From: a virus
Taxonomy: Duplodnaviria > Caudoviricetes
Direction: 5' to 3' (one strand)
Length of the DNA stretch: 33,027 nucleotides
IMG/VR virus record: IMGVR_UViG_3300044538_000008
Location: 1 to 33,027 of that record
The notes under the pieces were generated by a model. It saw nothing but the letters and a program-made list of their open reading frames with translations, did no database searches and was not told the DNA's origin. Positions 17,589-25,841 of the stretch are shown piece after piece (position 1 is the first letter of the stretch; every line of letters begins with the position of its first letter). Position numbers and translations under genes: made by a program.

Positions 17589-19133
17589 CTAGAGCACCCT
17601 GTTTCCATAACCGCCGCGGCCGAGCTCAGCGGTCTCGAGCTCGAGGCCGGGCCCGTCCGGGTCGTGGAGGTCGTCAATCGGCCTCATCTTGGAGACCCCG
17701 GACAGGCCCCGATCCGCATAGGCGCAGGCGTAGCTGCAATTGTCGTACGCGTGATCGTCCCCACCCCACTGGGGGACCGACGGATCGTCCTTGTCGGTCT
17801 GAATCGAGGGGATGACCTCGATCATCTTTTTGCAGGTCCGGAAAAACACGATCCCCGGCGACTTCTTTCCGTTGTCGTGGTCGCAGAGGCGCTTGGCCAC
17901 CCGCTCAGCATTGTGGGCGCGGCTCTTCTGGTCGGCCGGAAACCACGGCACGCCGTGCGCGAAGAAGATTGACGCCTTGCTCGGCGCGCTCTCACCGCGC
18001 TCTTCCCAGAGCTGCTTGTCCGCTGGCCCCGAGATGCGGCTCTTGCCGTTGTGCCAGAGCCTCATCCCCTTTTCGATCTCGCGCACGCGCTTGGCAACGT
18101 CCTTGTCGACCATGAGCCGAAACATGAACTCCCGCTCGCAGTAGAGCACGTCGTCGGGCGACAGCGCCCACCAATGCACGCAGCCGAACACCCGAAAGCC
18201 CCAGTCCATTGTTCGGAAGCGCGCCCAGCCGTCAGGGATCTCGAACGGGCTGCAGACGTGAAGATTTTCGTTCCACTCGCCTGCGAAGTGCGAGCCCGAG
18301 GTGACCCACCAGTTGCCGTAGAGCATCGCTTGGCGCTGCACGGACGGAGCGCTCAGCAGGCGCGCCTTGTAGATGCGCCTTGCCTTCTCGTCGGGGTTAT
18401 CCTCGATCGTTGCGCGTAGGTACATTCGCGTGAACTTCACGGGCGGACTACCATCGCCCATGTCGATTTCGCGCTCGAAGACCACCGACCCCTCCGGCGC
18501 CGGCTTCACGAAGAGATCGCGCACCCAGTTCGGGTTTTTGACCGAGATGCGATCGCCGTGGCTCTGCTTGATGAGCGGGTTACTCATCGTGCGGATCTTG
18601 AGCCAGTTGCCCTTCTCGTCGCCGAAGACTGGATCCCAGCTTCGAAGGCGCAGGATGATGTTCTGGTACTGCTCTTCTTCGAACTCCACCAGTTCGTCAA
18701 ACCCGATCCAGTCGTACTCGTTACTGAGGTAGTTCTCCCAGTCGTCGGGATCCTTGCAGTGACCAAACTGCAAGCGGTAGCCGCTCTGGAATGTCCACAT
18801 GGTCTTGTCTTCTTCCCAGCGTACTGTGGGGTCGATCCTCGGGAAGATTCGCTTACTGCGCGCGATGGTCTGCTCGAGCCGGGGCCGCGTCCTTCGTAGA
18901 TGCAGCGCCCAGCCCGTGCATTCGCCCCAGTAGAGAGGGTGGTCGTGATCGCTGCGCTTGAGGCACCGCTCGTGCGCGTTCGCGATCCGGTCAAACGGGT
19001 CCATCAGCAGGCAAAGACTTTTTCCGGGGCCCGCGGCGCCCGCCCCGAGCACTTCGGTATAGGGCAGCGAATGGTAGAGCGCGCCCCACTCGCTCGGCTT
19101 GTACGCAACGTCTTGGAGCTTCTCAGGCCGCAT
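17589..19133 (-). CDS. terL: Terminase large subunit (514 aa)
   Basis: Walker A GAGAAGPGKS, Walker B WIGFDE, coupling motif TMSNP, nuclease motifs MDWG and DHAYD. Start placed at ATG 19133 (MRPEKLQD). Confidence 0.92.
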   Translation of the reverse strand: MRPEKLQDVAYKPSEWGALYHSLPYTEVLGAGAAGPGKSLCLLMDPFDRIANAHERCLKRSDHDHPLYWGECTGWALHLRRTRPRLEQTIARSKRIFPRIDPTVRWEEDKTMWTFQSGYRLQFGHCKDPDDWENYLSNEYDWIGFDELVEFEEEQYQNIILRLRSWDPVFGDEKGNWLKIRTMSNPLIKQSHGDRISVKNPNWVRDLFVKPAPEGSVVFEREIDMGDGSPPVKFTRMYLRATIEDNPDEKARRIYKARLLSAPSVQRQAMLYGNWWVTSGSHFAGEWNENLHVCSPFEIPDGWARFRTMDWGFRVFGCVHWWALSPDDVLYCEREFMFRLMVDKDVAKRVREIEKGMRLWHNGKSRISGPADKQLWEERGESAPSKASIFFAHGVPWFPADQKSRAHNAERVAKRLCDHDNGKKSPGIVFFRTCKKMIEVIPSIQTDKDDPSVPQWGGDDHAYDNCSYACAYADRGLSGVSKMRPIDDLHDPDGPGLELETAELGRGGYGNRVL

Positions 19134-19563
19134 TCTGGAGCACTGAACCGAAGTAGCTCGTCCCGTCGAAGTAGAAGGCGATGAGATCGTAGCGTTCGGC
19201 CGTCGCAGTGATGACCGGAGCGGTCCCGCCCCCAAACCACTTCACATTGCTCGGCCAGCCCGTAATCGTGAACGCGCCTAGCTGCTTGACGAGCAGGAAG
19301 TATTCCCCGCCGTCCTGCGGGGCAGTGAGCGTCACGCCGGCAACGTTTTCGCCGAGCTCGACCGTGACCCGCCTGCTCGCGGAGAAGTCGACGACCAACG
19401 TCCCGAATCCAGAGGTCGTACCCGCGGCGGGCAGGTGCAACTGGGAGTTGAGCTTTTCTCGGATGGAGGCGAGCAGCGGCACGACCTCCTGGTTGAGCGC
19501 CGGCAAGAGCTCGCGCTCCTCGATCGCGCGCTTGCGCATCGAACGCAAAACGCCCGCGGTCAT
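19123..19563 (-). CDS. Protein with tail-fibre-type C-terminal beta domain (146 aa)
   Basis: ITGWPSNVKWFGGGTAPVITATAERYDLIAFYFDGTSYFG resembles a common phage fibre-associated domain; ATG overlaps the previous stop. Confidence 0.6.
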   Translation of the reverse strand: MTAGVLRSMRKRAIEERELLPALNQEVVPLLASIREKLNSQLHLPAAGTTSGFGTLVVDFSASRRVTVELGENVAGVTLTAPQDGGEYFLLVKQLGAFTITGWPSNVKWFGGGTAPVITATAERYDLIAFYFDGTSYFGSVLQNAA

Positions 19564-19958
19564 TTCTCGAGACCCTCGAGAGCCCCCATGATGGCCGCGT
19601 AGAGCCTCTTGCGTACTGGCGCTCCCTTGGGACCACTCTCTTTGAACGCGATCCGCTCCTCGTCCTTGAGCGAGCCCCAAACGCGCCGGGCCTCGTGATG
19701 AAGGCCGATCACTTGGCAGAGCTGGAGGTCGGCCGCGTACGCCACGGTCGCAAGCTGCATCCGGCTCACCGGCCGGTGCTCACGGTCCTCCTCCCACTCG
19801 TGCGGCTGAAACTTCTTCGTGATCTCTTGTCCCGTGCGATCGAGCCGGATGTGGTCCTCGCCGCCGCGCCTGACGAGATACGCCCGCTCGTGCGTATTAC
19901 GATTGCGGTAGTACCGCCGCTCGTGCTCAGGCGGATCGTAGTTACTCGCCTCAGCCAT
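19560..19958 (-). CDS. Hypothetical protein (132 aa)
   Basis: ATG 19958 overlaps the upstream gene end; protein-like composition; ATGA coupling to the next gene. Confidence 0.6.
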   Translation of the reverse strand: MAEASNYDPPEHERRYYRNRNTHERAYLVRRGGEDHIRLDRTGQEITKKFQPHEWEEDREHRPVSRMQLATVAYAADLQLCQVIGLHHEARRVWGSLKDEERIAFKESGPKGAPVRKRLYAAIMGALEGLEK

Positions 19959-20475
19959 CGCTGCGCTCTTCCATGCTCCGGACCGGGAAGCTCGGCGGCG
20001 GGGCGCTATTGAGGTAGACGAGCGCAAGCGAGCGCGGGGCCGCTCGCTCAGTCGCGCGCGCCTTCACGATTCCCACGGCCAGGTTCTTCGCGATGATGAA
20101 CGCGATGGGCGCTTCCTTCTGCGACATGTTCGCGAGCTGCGCGATGCGGAACATCTTCGTTGCCTCTTCTCGCCCGTGCTCCTCCACCCACTCGGCCGGC
20201 GGCTCTTTCTGCTCTTTGAGATCGAAGTCCGCAAACTTGAGTGACGAGTTGAGCACCGCAAGCGACTCGCCCAGAAGCTCGTCCTCGATCTCTCGCAGGC
20301 GCTCCTGGCGCTTCTCTTTCGGGGAAGCCCGGTTGCGCTTGCCGAGCTTGCTCTCGAGCGGTTCGGCTAAGACTTCGACGGCCGCCGCGGACCTGACGGG
20401 GGGGGCCAAGTCCGCGGCGGCGTCGTCACCGGGGAGCTCTTTCAACAGATCTGCGAAGGGCTTCACGGCTACCAC
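19951..20475 (-). CDS. Hypothetical protein, candidate terminase small subunit (174 aa)
   Basis: Helical protein with a C-terminal beta strand, three genes upstream of terL; assignment is positional only. Confidence 0.35.
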   Translation of the reverse strand: MVAVKPFADLLKELPGDDAAADLAPPVRSAAAVEVLAEPLESKLGKRNRASPKEKRQERLREIEDELLGESLAVLNSSLKFADFDLKEQKEPPAEWVEEHGREEATKMFRIAQLANMSQKEAPIAFIIAKNLAVGIVKARATERAAPRSLALVYLNSAPPPSFPVRSMEERSDG

Positions 20476-20497
20476 ATGTGTACCACGCTCGACACGG

Positions 20498-20842
20498 TCA
20501 GTGTAGCTTGATGATGCCGGGGCCGGCGGGCTTCACGATCAGGTCTTCGCCGACCTTCATCTCTCGGATGCCGTGCGAGAAGCCGGCGAGGCCGAGGTTG
20601 CTCAGAAACGCAGTCACCTTGGTCGCGGGCTCGACGAAGACCTTCCCGTCCGGGCTCTGGCGCACTGGACCCATCTGACAGTTGCGCACGAGGTAGAACA
20701 GCTTGGCCTCGAGCTCCCCGATCCAGCGCTTGGCCTCCTCGTCCGACCCGAAGGCCCTCAGCGCCAGGACCACCCTGGACCCGTCGTTCATGTCGAAGAT
20801 CCGATGTACGACAAAGACGGCCTTTTGCTCACCTTCTGCCAC
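20498..20842 (-). CDS. Hypothetical protein (114 aa)
   Basis: Non-repetitive protein-like ORF, first gene after the 20843-20941 intergenic gap. Confidence 0.6.
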   Translation of the reverse strand: MAEGEQKAVFVVHRIFDMNDGSRVVLALRAFGSDEEAKRWIGELEAKLFYLVRNCQMGPVRQSPDGKVFVEPATKVTAFLSNLGLAGFSHGIREMKVGEDLIVKPAGPGIIKLH

Positions 20843-20941
20843 AATGTCTCATTTCTGTGAATGCGTTCACGGTATAGGTGCGTGTAGTGCGATGTGCCTA
20901 CCGTAGCTATGAGCTAAGAAGGGGAGCACAACGGTTACCAG

Positions 20942-21424
20942 TTAGATCTGTCCGTCTCTTGCTCCCCTCTTACTCTTCTCTTCTCTTAACTCTGCATGGG
21001 CTGACCGCGGCTGACCATGGCTGACATCTTTGACAACTTGTGTTGACATGTTTGACACGGCCCGCCTTGCGCGAGATTCCCTTTGCTTTACGCGGTTATA
21101 CTCTCTCCTGTCAGCCTCGTTTCTCATTGACCGGTAGGCAACATGGTTCACGACACGGTACAGGAACTCACCAACGCGGACGATTCGTCTACCATCTTCG
21201 TCTTTGCTGGTACTGCAATTATCCGGAGCCTCAAGGAACTCGAGGGCCGTGTTGACGCGCTCGACTGTGAGGTCGCCACCAATGGCAGCCGAGATGAGCA
21301 CCGGGTTGAGTTCAACGGTCCCCTCGTAGGCGTGGGCGATGATGTAGCCCCAGACGGCGAACACATCCGGGCCGGAGCCGACCATCGAACCCGTGTACAT
21401 TCTCTTGAAGTGTTTTCCGTACAC
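20942..21424 (-). CDS. Phage replication initiator/organiser-like protein (160 aa)
   Basis: MYGKHF...GSM...ALEFLEAPD..S.S.DEDGRRIVRV....YRVVNH..YR...DRREYNRVKQRESRAR matches a wHTH-plus-basic-helix family of phage replication proteins; 3' end carries TGAC repeats. Confidence 0.55.
   Translation of the reverse strand: MYGKHFKRMYTGSMVGSGPDVFAVWGYIIAHAYEGTVELNPVLISAAIGGDLTVERVNTALEFLEAPDNCSTSKDEDGRRIVRVGEFLYRVVNHVAYRSMRNEADRREYNRVKQRESRARRAVSNMSTQVVKDVSHGQPRSAHAELREEKSKRGARDGQI
21000..21058. repeat. Six (C/T)TGAC(C/A) repeats, iteron-like
   Basis: TGAC at 21002, 21012, 21022, 21031, 21044, 21053, next to a pyrimidine-rich tract at ~20955-20993. Confidence 0.6.
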
Positions 21425-21648
21425 TATTCACAAAGCTCCGTAACTCTGCGACATTTTCTACACTTGATGATCTTGGGTGTGGCGCACGGCCCGACATCGA
21501 AAACGAGCCCGGAGCCGATCTGCGCGATGACGAGGCCAACCACGGGCAGCAGGGCGTCACGACCGCATCCCGCGCAGGTGTAGAAGACCTGCCTGGCCCC
21601 CTCGGGGACCTCACCGCGGTCAATCACGTTCCAGGTGTACGTGCGCAT
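21424..21648 (-). CDS. Zinc-ribbon protein (74 aa)
   Basis: CAGC...CRKC; TAG overlaps the GTG of the replication gene; start taken at ATG 21648. Confidence 0.6.
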   Translation of the reverse strand: MRTYTWNVIDRGEVPEGARQVFYTCAGCGRDALLPVVGLVIAQIGSGLVFDVGPCATPKIIKCRKCRRVTELCE

Positions 21649-21669
21649 CCTCAAAATCGGTGTCAAACC

Positions 21670-21699
21670 TTGACAGCGTCGCCATGAGCTGACTACTGT
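21670..21699 (+). promoter_or_regulatory. Rightward sigma70-like promoter
   Basis: TTGACA (21670-21675)-N18-TACTGT (21694-21699), upstream of the two plus-strand genes. Confidence 0.45.
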
Positions 21700-21703
21700 G
21701 TTG

Positions 21704-21732
21704 ACGCTACGTTCACTGGCCACCGGTGTCAA
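21704..21732 (-). promoter_or_regulatory. Leftward sigma70-like promoter for replication/late genes
   Basis: TTGACA (21732-21727)-N17-TAGCGT (21709-21704). Confidence 0.55.
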
Positions 21733-21867
21733 GCTTTCCTCTCCTGCATGCTCCTGCTTGTGTGATGTCACGGGTGACCGTCACGCTTGGGTGTGACGCG
21801 GCGTGACGCCACAGCGTGTCAGAGCCTTGCCATGTATCTCACATCTACCCACAGGATGGTGCCGCGT

Positions 21868-22152
21868 ATGACAGTCTTCGACGACAGGGTGGCCGAGTAT
21901 CAGAGGGCCCGGGCGCTCGTGCTCGAGCGGGGCAGGGAGCTGCGCGACGCCGAGGCGGGGCTCCTTGGCGCGCAGAAGCTCGTGGCCGATCGGCAACAGT
22001 CGCTCGCCCGCGCCCAGAAGGCTTTCGTCGCGGCGAGCCGAGCCATCGACGGCCTCGTCCACTCCGAGGTCAGCGGAGTCCTCGGCAGGCCCGATGACGA
22101 AGTGACGCAAGGCGAGCCGGACGAGAACGCGCTCATGGCCGCGAACCCGTGA
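21868..22152 (+). CDS. Coiled-coil hypothetical protein (94 aa)
   Basis: MTVFDDRVAEYQRARALVLERGRELRDAE..., long amphipathic helix; no convincing minus-strand gene here. Start could be ATG 21856. Confidence 0.6.
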   Translation: MTVFDDRVAEYQRARALVLERGRELRDAEAGLLGAQKLVADRQQSLARAQKAFVAASRAIDGLVHSEVSGVLGRPDDEVTQGEPDENALMAANP

Positions 22153-22170
22153 TCAGGGCCCCGGTAACCC

Positions 22171-22470
22171 GTGGCCAAGGCCGACCAACTCGAATCGAAA
22201 AAGCGCCGGCACAAGACCTACTTCTCGCTCGCCGAGATCGCGCGCTACCTCAAGTGCAATACGAGCACGCTGCTCAAGATCGCGCCTGCTGCCAAGCTGC
22301 GCCTGAAGCAGGGCGACGCCCGCGGGCTCCTGGAGCAGAGCCAGGCTCGGGCACTCATCTTCGAGTACCGCAGACGGGCAGGAGAGCGTCTTCTCCGCTC
22401 GACCAAGATAAGACCGCCCGCCGAGGGGACTGACCCCCAGGGCGGGCGTGCGCGAGAGGTCGGCAGCTAG
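22171..22470 (+). CDS. HTH DNA-binding protein (excisionase/MerR-like helix pattern, 99 aa)
   Basis: YFSLAEIARYLKCNTSTLLK; converges with the gene ending at 22478. Confidence 0.6.
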   Translation: MAKADQLESKKRRHKTYFSLAEIARYLKCNTSTLLKIAPAAKLRLKQGDARGLLEQSQARALIFEYRRRAGERLLRSTKIRPPAEGTDPQGGRAREVGS

Positions 22471-22477
22471 GCGTGCT

Positions 22478-22861
22478 TCACCTCAACGCGGTACGGACAT
22501 CCATAACCATTACCTCGTAGGCTGCAAGCACCTCTTTTGTGGTAAGCTTGCACGTGCTTCTGGGCGTGCCGCCCTCGAAGACGAGGCTCGTTTTGCGCTT
22601 ACTGAGGCACCACATCCGCCATTTCGCCGGCCCAGCCCAGCCGCTTTCCACGTCGGCGACCATCGAGAGCCACTCGGCCTCGGAAAACACGACGTCGCCG
22701 CGACGGCGGGACACCTGACCGTTGCTGATCTTGGCCGTGAACTCTCCGCAGCTCACCGTGAGCTGGACCTTGAGCGGGAGCTCAAAGAGTAGGCGCGCGG
22801 GAAAGAGCTCCACCTCACGCACGGCCACGTTTTCAAGCCCGTCGAGGCTGCCGAGCGCCAT
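22478..22861 (-). CDS. Hypothetical protein (127 aa)
   Basis: Protein-like ORF overlapping the XRE gene end, GGAG upstream; last gene of the right arm. Confidence 0.5.
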   Translation of the reverse strand: MALGSLDGLENVAVREVELFPARLLFELPLKVQLTVSCGEFTAKISNGQVSRRRGDVVFSEAEWLSMVADVESGWAGPAKWRMWCLSKRKTSLVFEGGTPRSTCKLTTKEVLAAYEVMVMDVRTALR

Positions 22862-23054
22862 GCCGATTCCACTCCGTTGGCCGAATGCCGATCACCTCGA
22901 AGATCTTGAAGGCGAGGTCCCGACCAGGCTTTCGTGAACCCGTCTCGAGGGCTGAGATCTGCTCCTGGGAGCACTCGAGCTTCTCGGACGCGTCGCGCTG
23001 GGAAAGATTCTTGATGTCCCTCCACGCCTTCAGTCTCTCGCCAGCGGATTTCAT
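22833..23054 (-). CDS. XRE-family HTH regulator (Cro/cI-like, 73 aa)
   Basis: RLKAWRDIKNLSQRDASEKLECSQEQISALETGSRKP is a canonical HTH_3 pattern; no peptidase domain. Confidence 0.85.
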   Translation of the reverse strand: MKSAGERLKAWRDIKNLSQRDASEKLECSQEQISALETGSRKPGRDLAFKIFEVIGIRPTEWNRHGARQPRRA

Positions 23055-23061
23055 GACCACC

Positions 23062-23089
23062 AATGTACTAGTTTGTGGCTAGCCGTCAA
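23062..23089 (-). promoter_or_regulatory. Leaderless sigma70-like promoter of the XRE gene
   Basis: TTGACG (23089-23084)-N16-TACATT (23067-23062)-N7-ATG. Confidence 0.55.
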
Positions 23090-23825
23090 TCTGCACGACT
23101 GAGCAGCCGCCGCCGTGCCCGTCCTCCAGTTTGCACGGCTTCCCGAAGCGGGTCTTGGGACACGGTCGGCTGGGGCTATCCTCGGCGGAGACGGCCACGT
23201 CGTAGAACATCTCGCCGCCGGCAGAGACCGAGCGGTTACCCTCCACGCTCCAGGTCTTCGTGTTGGTCTTGTAGCTGGGACGGTCTTTCTCCAGGTCCCA
23301 TGGGTTACTCACATAGGAGGCGTCGAGCCAGATGATACGGTTGCCGGGCATGGCGGCGAGGTGACCGCTCTCTAGTGCGATGACGTTGTGTTCCTTGTGC
23401 TCGTCGGGGAGCATGGACCACCCGCCGTCGGTGAGCTGCGGTTCGGCGTGAACGTAGTCGACGCTCATGACGGCCTCGCCGCGCGCGACCGAGTTGTCCC
23501 CGAGCTTCACCTGCACGTCGAGCCCGGAGCGCCACGGGTCTTTGTAGACCGCGGCGTGGAAGGACATGCAGTTCCACAGCGAGAGCACGTGCAGCGGCAG
23601 TGGCTCGCACTCGCGAAGGCACAGGGCATGGATCGGAAGGCCATGGAAGAGCGCCCCGCGCTCGGTCACGACCATGAAGCGTAGAGCGTGGCCAGGGGCG
23701 AGCACCACACGGTGAGCGATGCCGCGCTCGTACTGACCGAGGTAGGCGCCGTCGCCGTCGTGTAGGAACTCCGCCCGCACGAGGCACGGCAGGGGCGGAC
23801 AGGCGATGTTGAAAAAGCAGCTCAT
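23079..23825 (-). CDS. Conserved phage protein of unknown function (248 aa)
   Basis: Pattern PP..C.VR.EFL.D, GALF..LPI.AL, WNCMS, EHK.H.VI.LE.G..AA.P.NRIIW recalls a widespread uncharacterised family in environmental podoviruses. Confidence 0.6.
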   Translation of the reverse strand: MSCFFNIACPPLPCLVRAEFLHDGDGAYLGQYERGIAHRVVLAPGHALRFMVVTERGALFHGLPIHALCLRECEPLPLHVLSLWNCMSFHAAVYKDPWRSGLDVQVKLGDNSVARGEAVMSVDYVHAEPQLTDGGWSMLPDEHKEHNVIALESGHLAAMPGNRIIWLDASYVSNPWDLEKDRPSYKTNTKTWSVEGNRSVSAGGEMFYDVAVSAEDSPSRPCPKTRFGKPCKLEDGHGGGCSVVQIDG

Positions 23826-23831
23826 CCGCCG

Positions 23832-24362
23832 CTACGGCTCCTCCAGGATGGCGCGGATCAGCTCCATCGCCTCGTGCGTGCCCAGATCCTCCACGGGGTC
23901 CCAGCAACGTCGGTTCACCGCCTCGATCCGCGTGAGCTTGTCTGCGCGCTTGCCCTGCTCGATCGTTGAGCTGGCACCTAGGCCAGGCCCGGTCCACGTG
24001 ACAGGGCCACCGAGCATGGACAGCAACTCACGCGCCGCAATGGCCGTGTACCTGATCTCTTCGTGCCCTTGCGCATCGCAGTCGTGTCCGTGCAGCAGGT
24101 GATCGGCCGCGTCGCACAGCACGGTCAGGATGCTGCGTAGCGGCCGGGGCTGGTCGTTGCGGAGCACCTGCTCCAGCGTTGGGGCTTCACCACGATTCGC
24201 CTGCTCCGCGTCGTGGGCGGCCAGGGCTTGCTGCATGTCGCGAAGCAACGCCGCTTGCAGCGAATGCGCGGTGCCCGCGGCCGTGACCATGCTGGTCGCA
24301 CGCAGTTCCTCGTACGCGCCGAGGATGGCCTGCGCGCGCGCCGCATCGGCGAGCGCGGTCAT
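23832..24362 (-). CDS. Hypothetical protein (176 aa)
   Basis: ATGA-coupled; helical with an HLLHGHDCDAQGHE segment. Confidence 0.55.
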   Translation of the reverse strand: MTALADAARAQAILGAYEELRATSMVTAAGTAHSLQAALLRDMQQALAAHDAEQANRGEAPTLEQVLRNDQPRPLRSILTVLCDAADHLLHGHDCDAQGHEEIRYTAIAARELLSMLGGPVTWTGPGLGASSTIEQGKRADKLTRIEAVNRRCWDPVEDLGTHEAMELIRAILEEP

Positions 24363-24658
24363 GGCGCCACCAATGCGCGCCGCCGCGCTTTCTTCAGCCT
24401 GCCGAGCAAGCTTTCTAGGGAGTCGACCAGCGCGTCTACGCCTACGAATACGTCATGGAGCTCCACGCTGGCAAGCTCACCGCTTTCGAGCCAGCGCTCG
24501 TGCAACTCTTGCAGGCGCGCCAGCTTGCTGAGGCGCTTAGTGCGCGCAAGCCGTCCGCCGAATGAGCCGATCTGCATGAACAGAAAGCTGGCCGACGCCT
24601 TGTTGGGATTGAACCGTCGGGCGATTGCCTTGCGCCTTCTATAGTCGTGGAGGGCCAT
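24359..24658 (-). CDS. Hypothetical basic protein (99 aa)
   Basis: Start MALHDYRRRK at a TGATG overlap with GAGG SD. Confidence 0.55.
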   Translation of the reverse strand: MALHDYRRRKAIARRFNPNKASASFLFMQIGSFGGRLARTKRLSKLARLQELHERWLESGELASVELHDVFVGVDALVDSLESLLGRLKKARRRALVAP

Positions 24659-24852
24659 CACCGCTTCCTCGCTTTCCCCCGATACCGCTTCGCCGCGAAC
24701 CGCCACGCGCGCCGGGCGGCCCAGTCCACGATTTGTGCTGCGCTCATGCGACTCTCGATCCAGTTGAATTCGCACGGCCCGCACGTGTTGAAAATCACGC
24801 CGTCCAGGCGCGTTGCGATCGCCTCCCGCTCCCTGCACACGACGCACTTCAT
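24658..24852 (-). CDS. Small Cys-motif protein (64 aa)
   Basis: MKCVVC...CGPC; ATGA overlap with GGAG SD. Confidence 0.55.
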   Translation of the reverse strand: MKCVVCREREAIATRLDGVIFNTCGPCEFNWIESRMSAAQIVDWAARRAWRFAAKRYRGKARKR

Positions 24853-25052
24853 GGCGCGGGCTCCGTTGCGTATTCGTACGTCACGCATACCGTCACCTTG
24901 ATCGGCTTGCCGCAGTGGTCGCACTCGGTCACGGCCCTGTCGCCGTCGTACTTCAGTACACGTGGGTATTCGGCGCGCTCGTGGTCTTCCTCGCCGCAGT
25001 GCGGACACAGAATGTGGCGGTGAAAACCAGCCGCCCAGTTGGGGTGCGTCAT
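24849..25052 (-). CDS. Zinc-ribbon protein (67 aa)
   Basis: CPHCG...ECDHCGK; coupled at both ends. Confidence 0.65.
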   Translation of the reverse strand: MTHPNWAAGFHRHILCPHCGEEDHERAEYPRVLKYDGDRAVTECDHCGKPIKVTVCVTYEYATEPAP

Positions 25053-25065
25053 GGCGCGGGCTCCG
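24849..25065. repeat. 17 bp direct repeat pair at gene ends
   Basis: TCATGGCGCGGGCTCCG at 24849-24865 and 25049-25065. Confidence 0.9.
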
Positions 25066-25225
25066 GCTCGGCTGCGCGCTTGTGGTCCACGCCAAGCGCC
25101 GCGATCTCTTGCGCGCCTTCCGGCGTTCGCGGCTTCCCGTCGTCGAGTGCGCAGCCGCTACCACGGTGCCAGTCTCGCCAGCGGCCGGTGAACTCAGGCG
25201 GGCAGAAGTCGTTGCAGTCCGCCAT
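25049..25225 (-). CDS. Hypothetical protein (58 aa)
   Basis: MADCNDFCPPEF...; TGATG overlap. Confidence 0.5.
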   Translation of the reverse strand: MADCNDFCPPEFTGRWRDWHRGSGCALDDGKPRTPEGAQEIAALGVDHKRAAEPEPAP

Positions 25226-25518
25226 CACCCACCCCCGTGCGCGTCGCTCCACGAAGGAGCGCGCTTGGCCGCTTGATTGACGCAGTGCGTGCAGTACCGG
25301 TCCTTGCGATTCATCGCGGTCGATGCGGCCTCACCCCACGCCGACATGCCGACTAGCATGGTTACACCACAGTCAGCGCACTGCCGTTCCTTGCGCAGCC
25401 TGCGTATCGAGAAAACTTGCACGTCGTGGCCAACGTCGAGGCGGGCTAAGTGTTGCGCGCCAGGCTCTCCGATCATCCGTGCGCGGTGTACGTGTCCCAT
25501 CACCCACCCCCGTGCGCG
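25222..25518. repeat. 22 bp direct repeat pair at gene ends
   Basis: CCATCACCCACCCCCGTGCGCG at 25222-25243 and 25497-25518. Confidence 0.9.
25225..25500 (-). CDS. Zinc-binding hypothetical protein (91 aa)
   Basis: QCADCG...RYCTHC; TGATG overlap. Confidence 0.55.
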   Translation of the reverse strand: MGHVHRARMIGEPGAQHLARLDVGHDVQVFSIRRLRKERQCADCGVTMLVGMSAWGEAASTAMNRKDRYCTHCVNQAAKRAPSWSDAHGGG

Positions 25519-25841
25519 GCGAGCAGGCGCAGGACGAGCGCCGCTACCCTGCAGTCGGTGGCCGTATACAGATAGCTGTTGCAGGCGCGGGGCCCAGCCC
25601 ACTCCCGCAGCTCCCGCACCTGCTCGGGCGTCAGGACGGGCGGCGTAGCAGGCGGCGCGCAGTCAGGCTGTCCAGGGGCGTCCTCGCGTCCGTACCACGC
25701 CGAGCGCCTGTTGACGGCAGCATCAAAAGCCGCGAGGCACGACACGAGGTACTGCGCGAGAATGAAGTCAGGCGTGTTGCTACCGTTCTCTGCGCTGTGC
25801 CGGTTGATCGCGGACTCGATATCTTTCTGCAGCTCGCTCAC
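25500..25841 (-). CDS. Conserved phage hypothetical protein (113 aa)
   Basis: INRHSAENGSNTPDFILAQYLVSCL is a recurring small phage-protein motif; GTGA overlap. Confidence 0.65.
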   Translation of the reverse strand: MSELQKDIESAINRHSAENGSNTPDFILAQYLVSCLAAFDAAVNRRSAWYGREDAPGQPDCAPPATPPVLTPEQVRELREWAGPRACNSYLYTATDCRVAALVLRLLAAHGGG

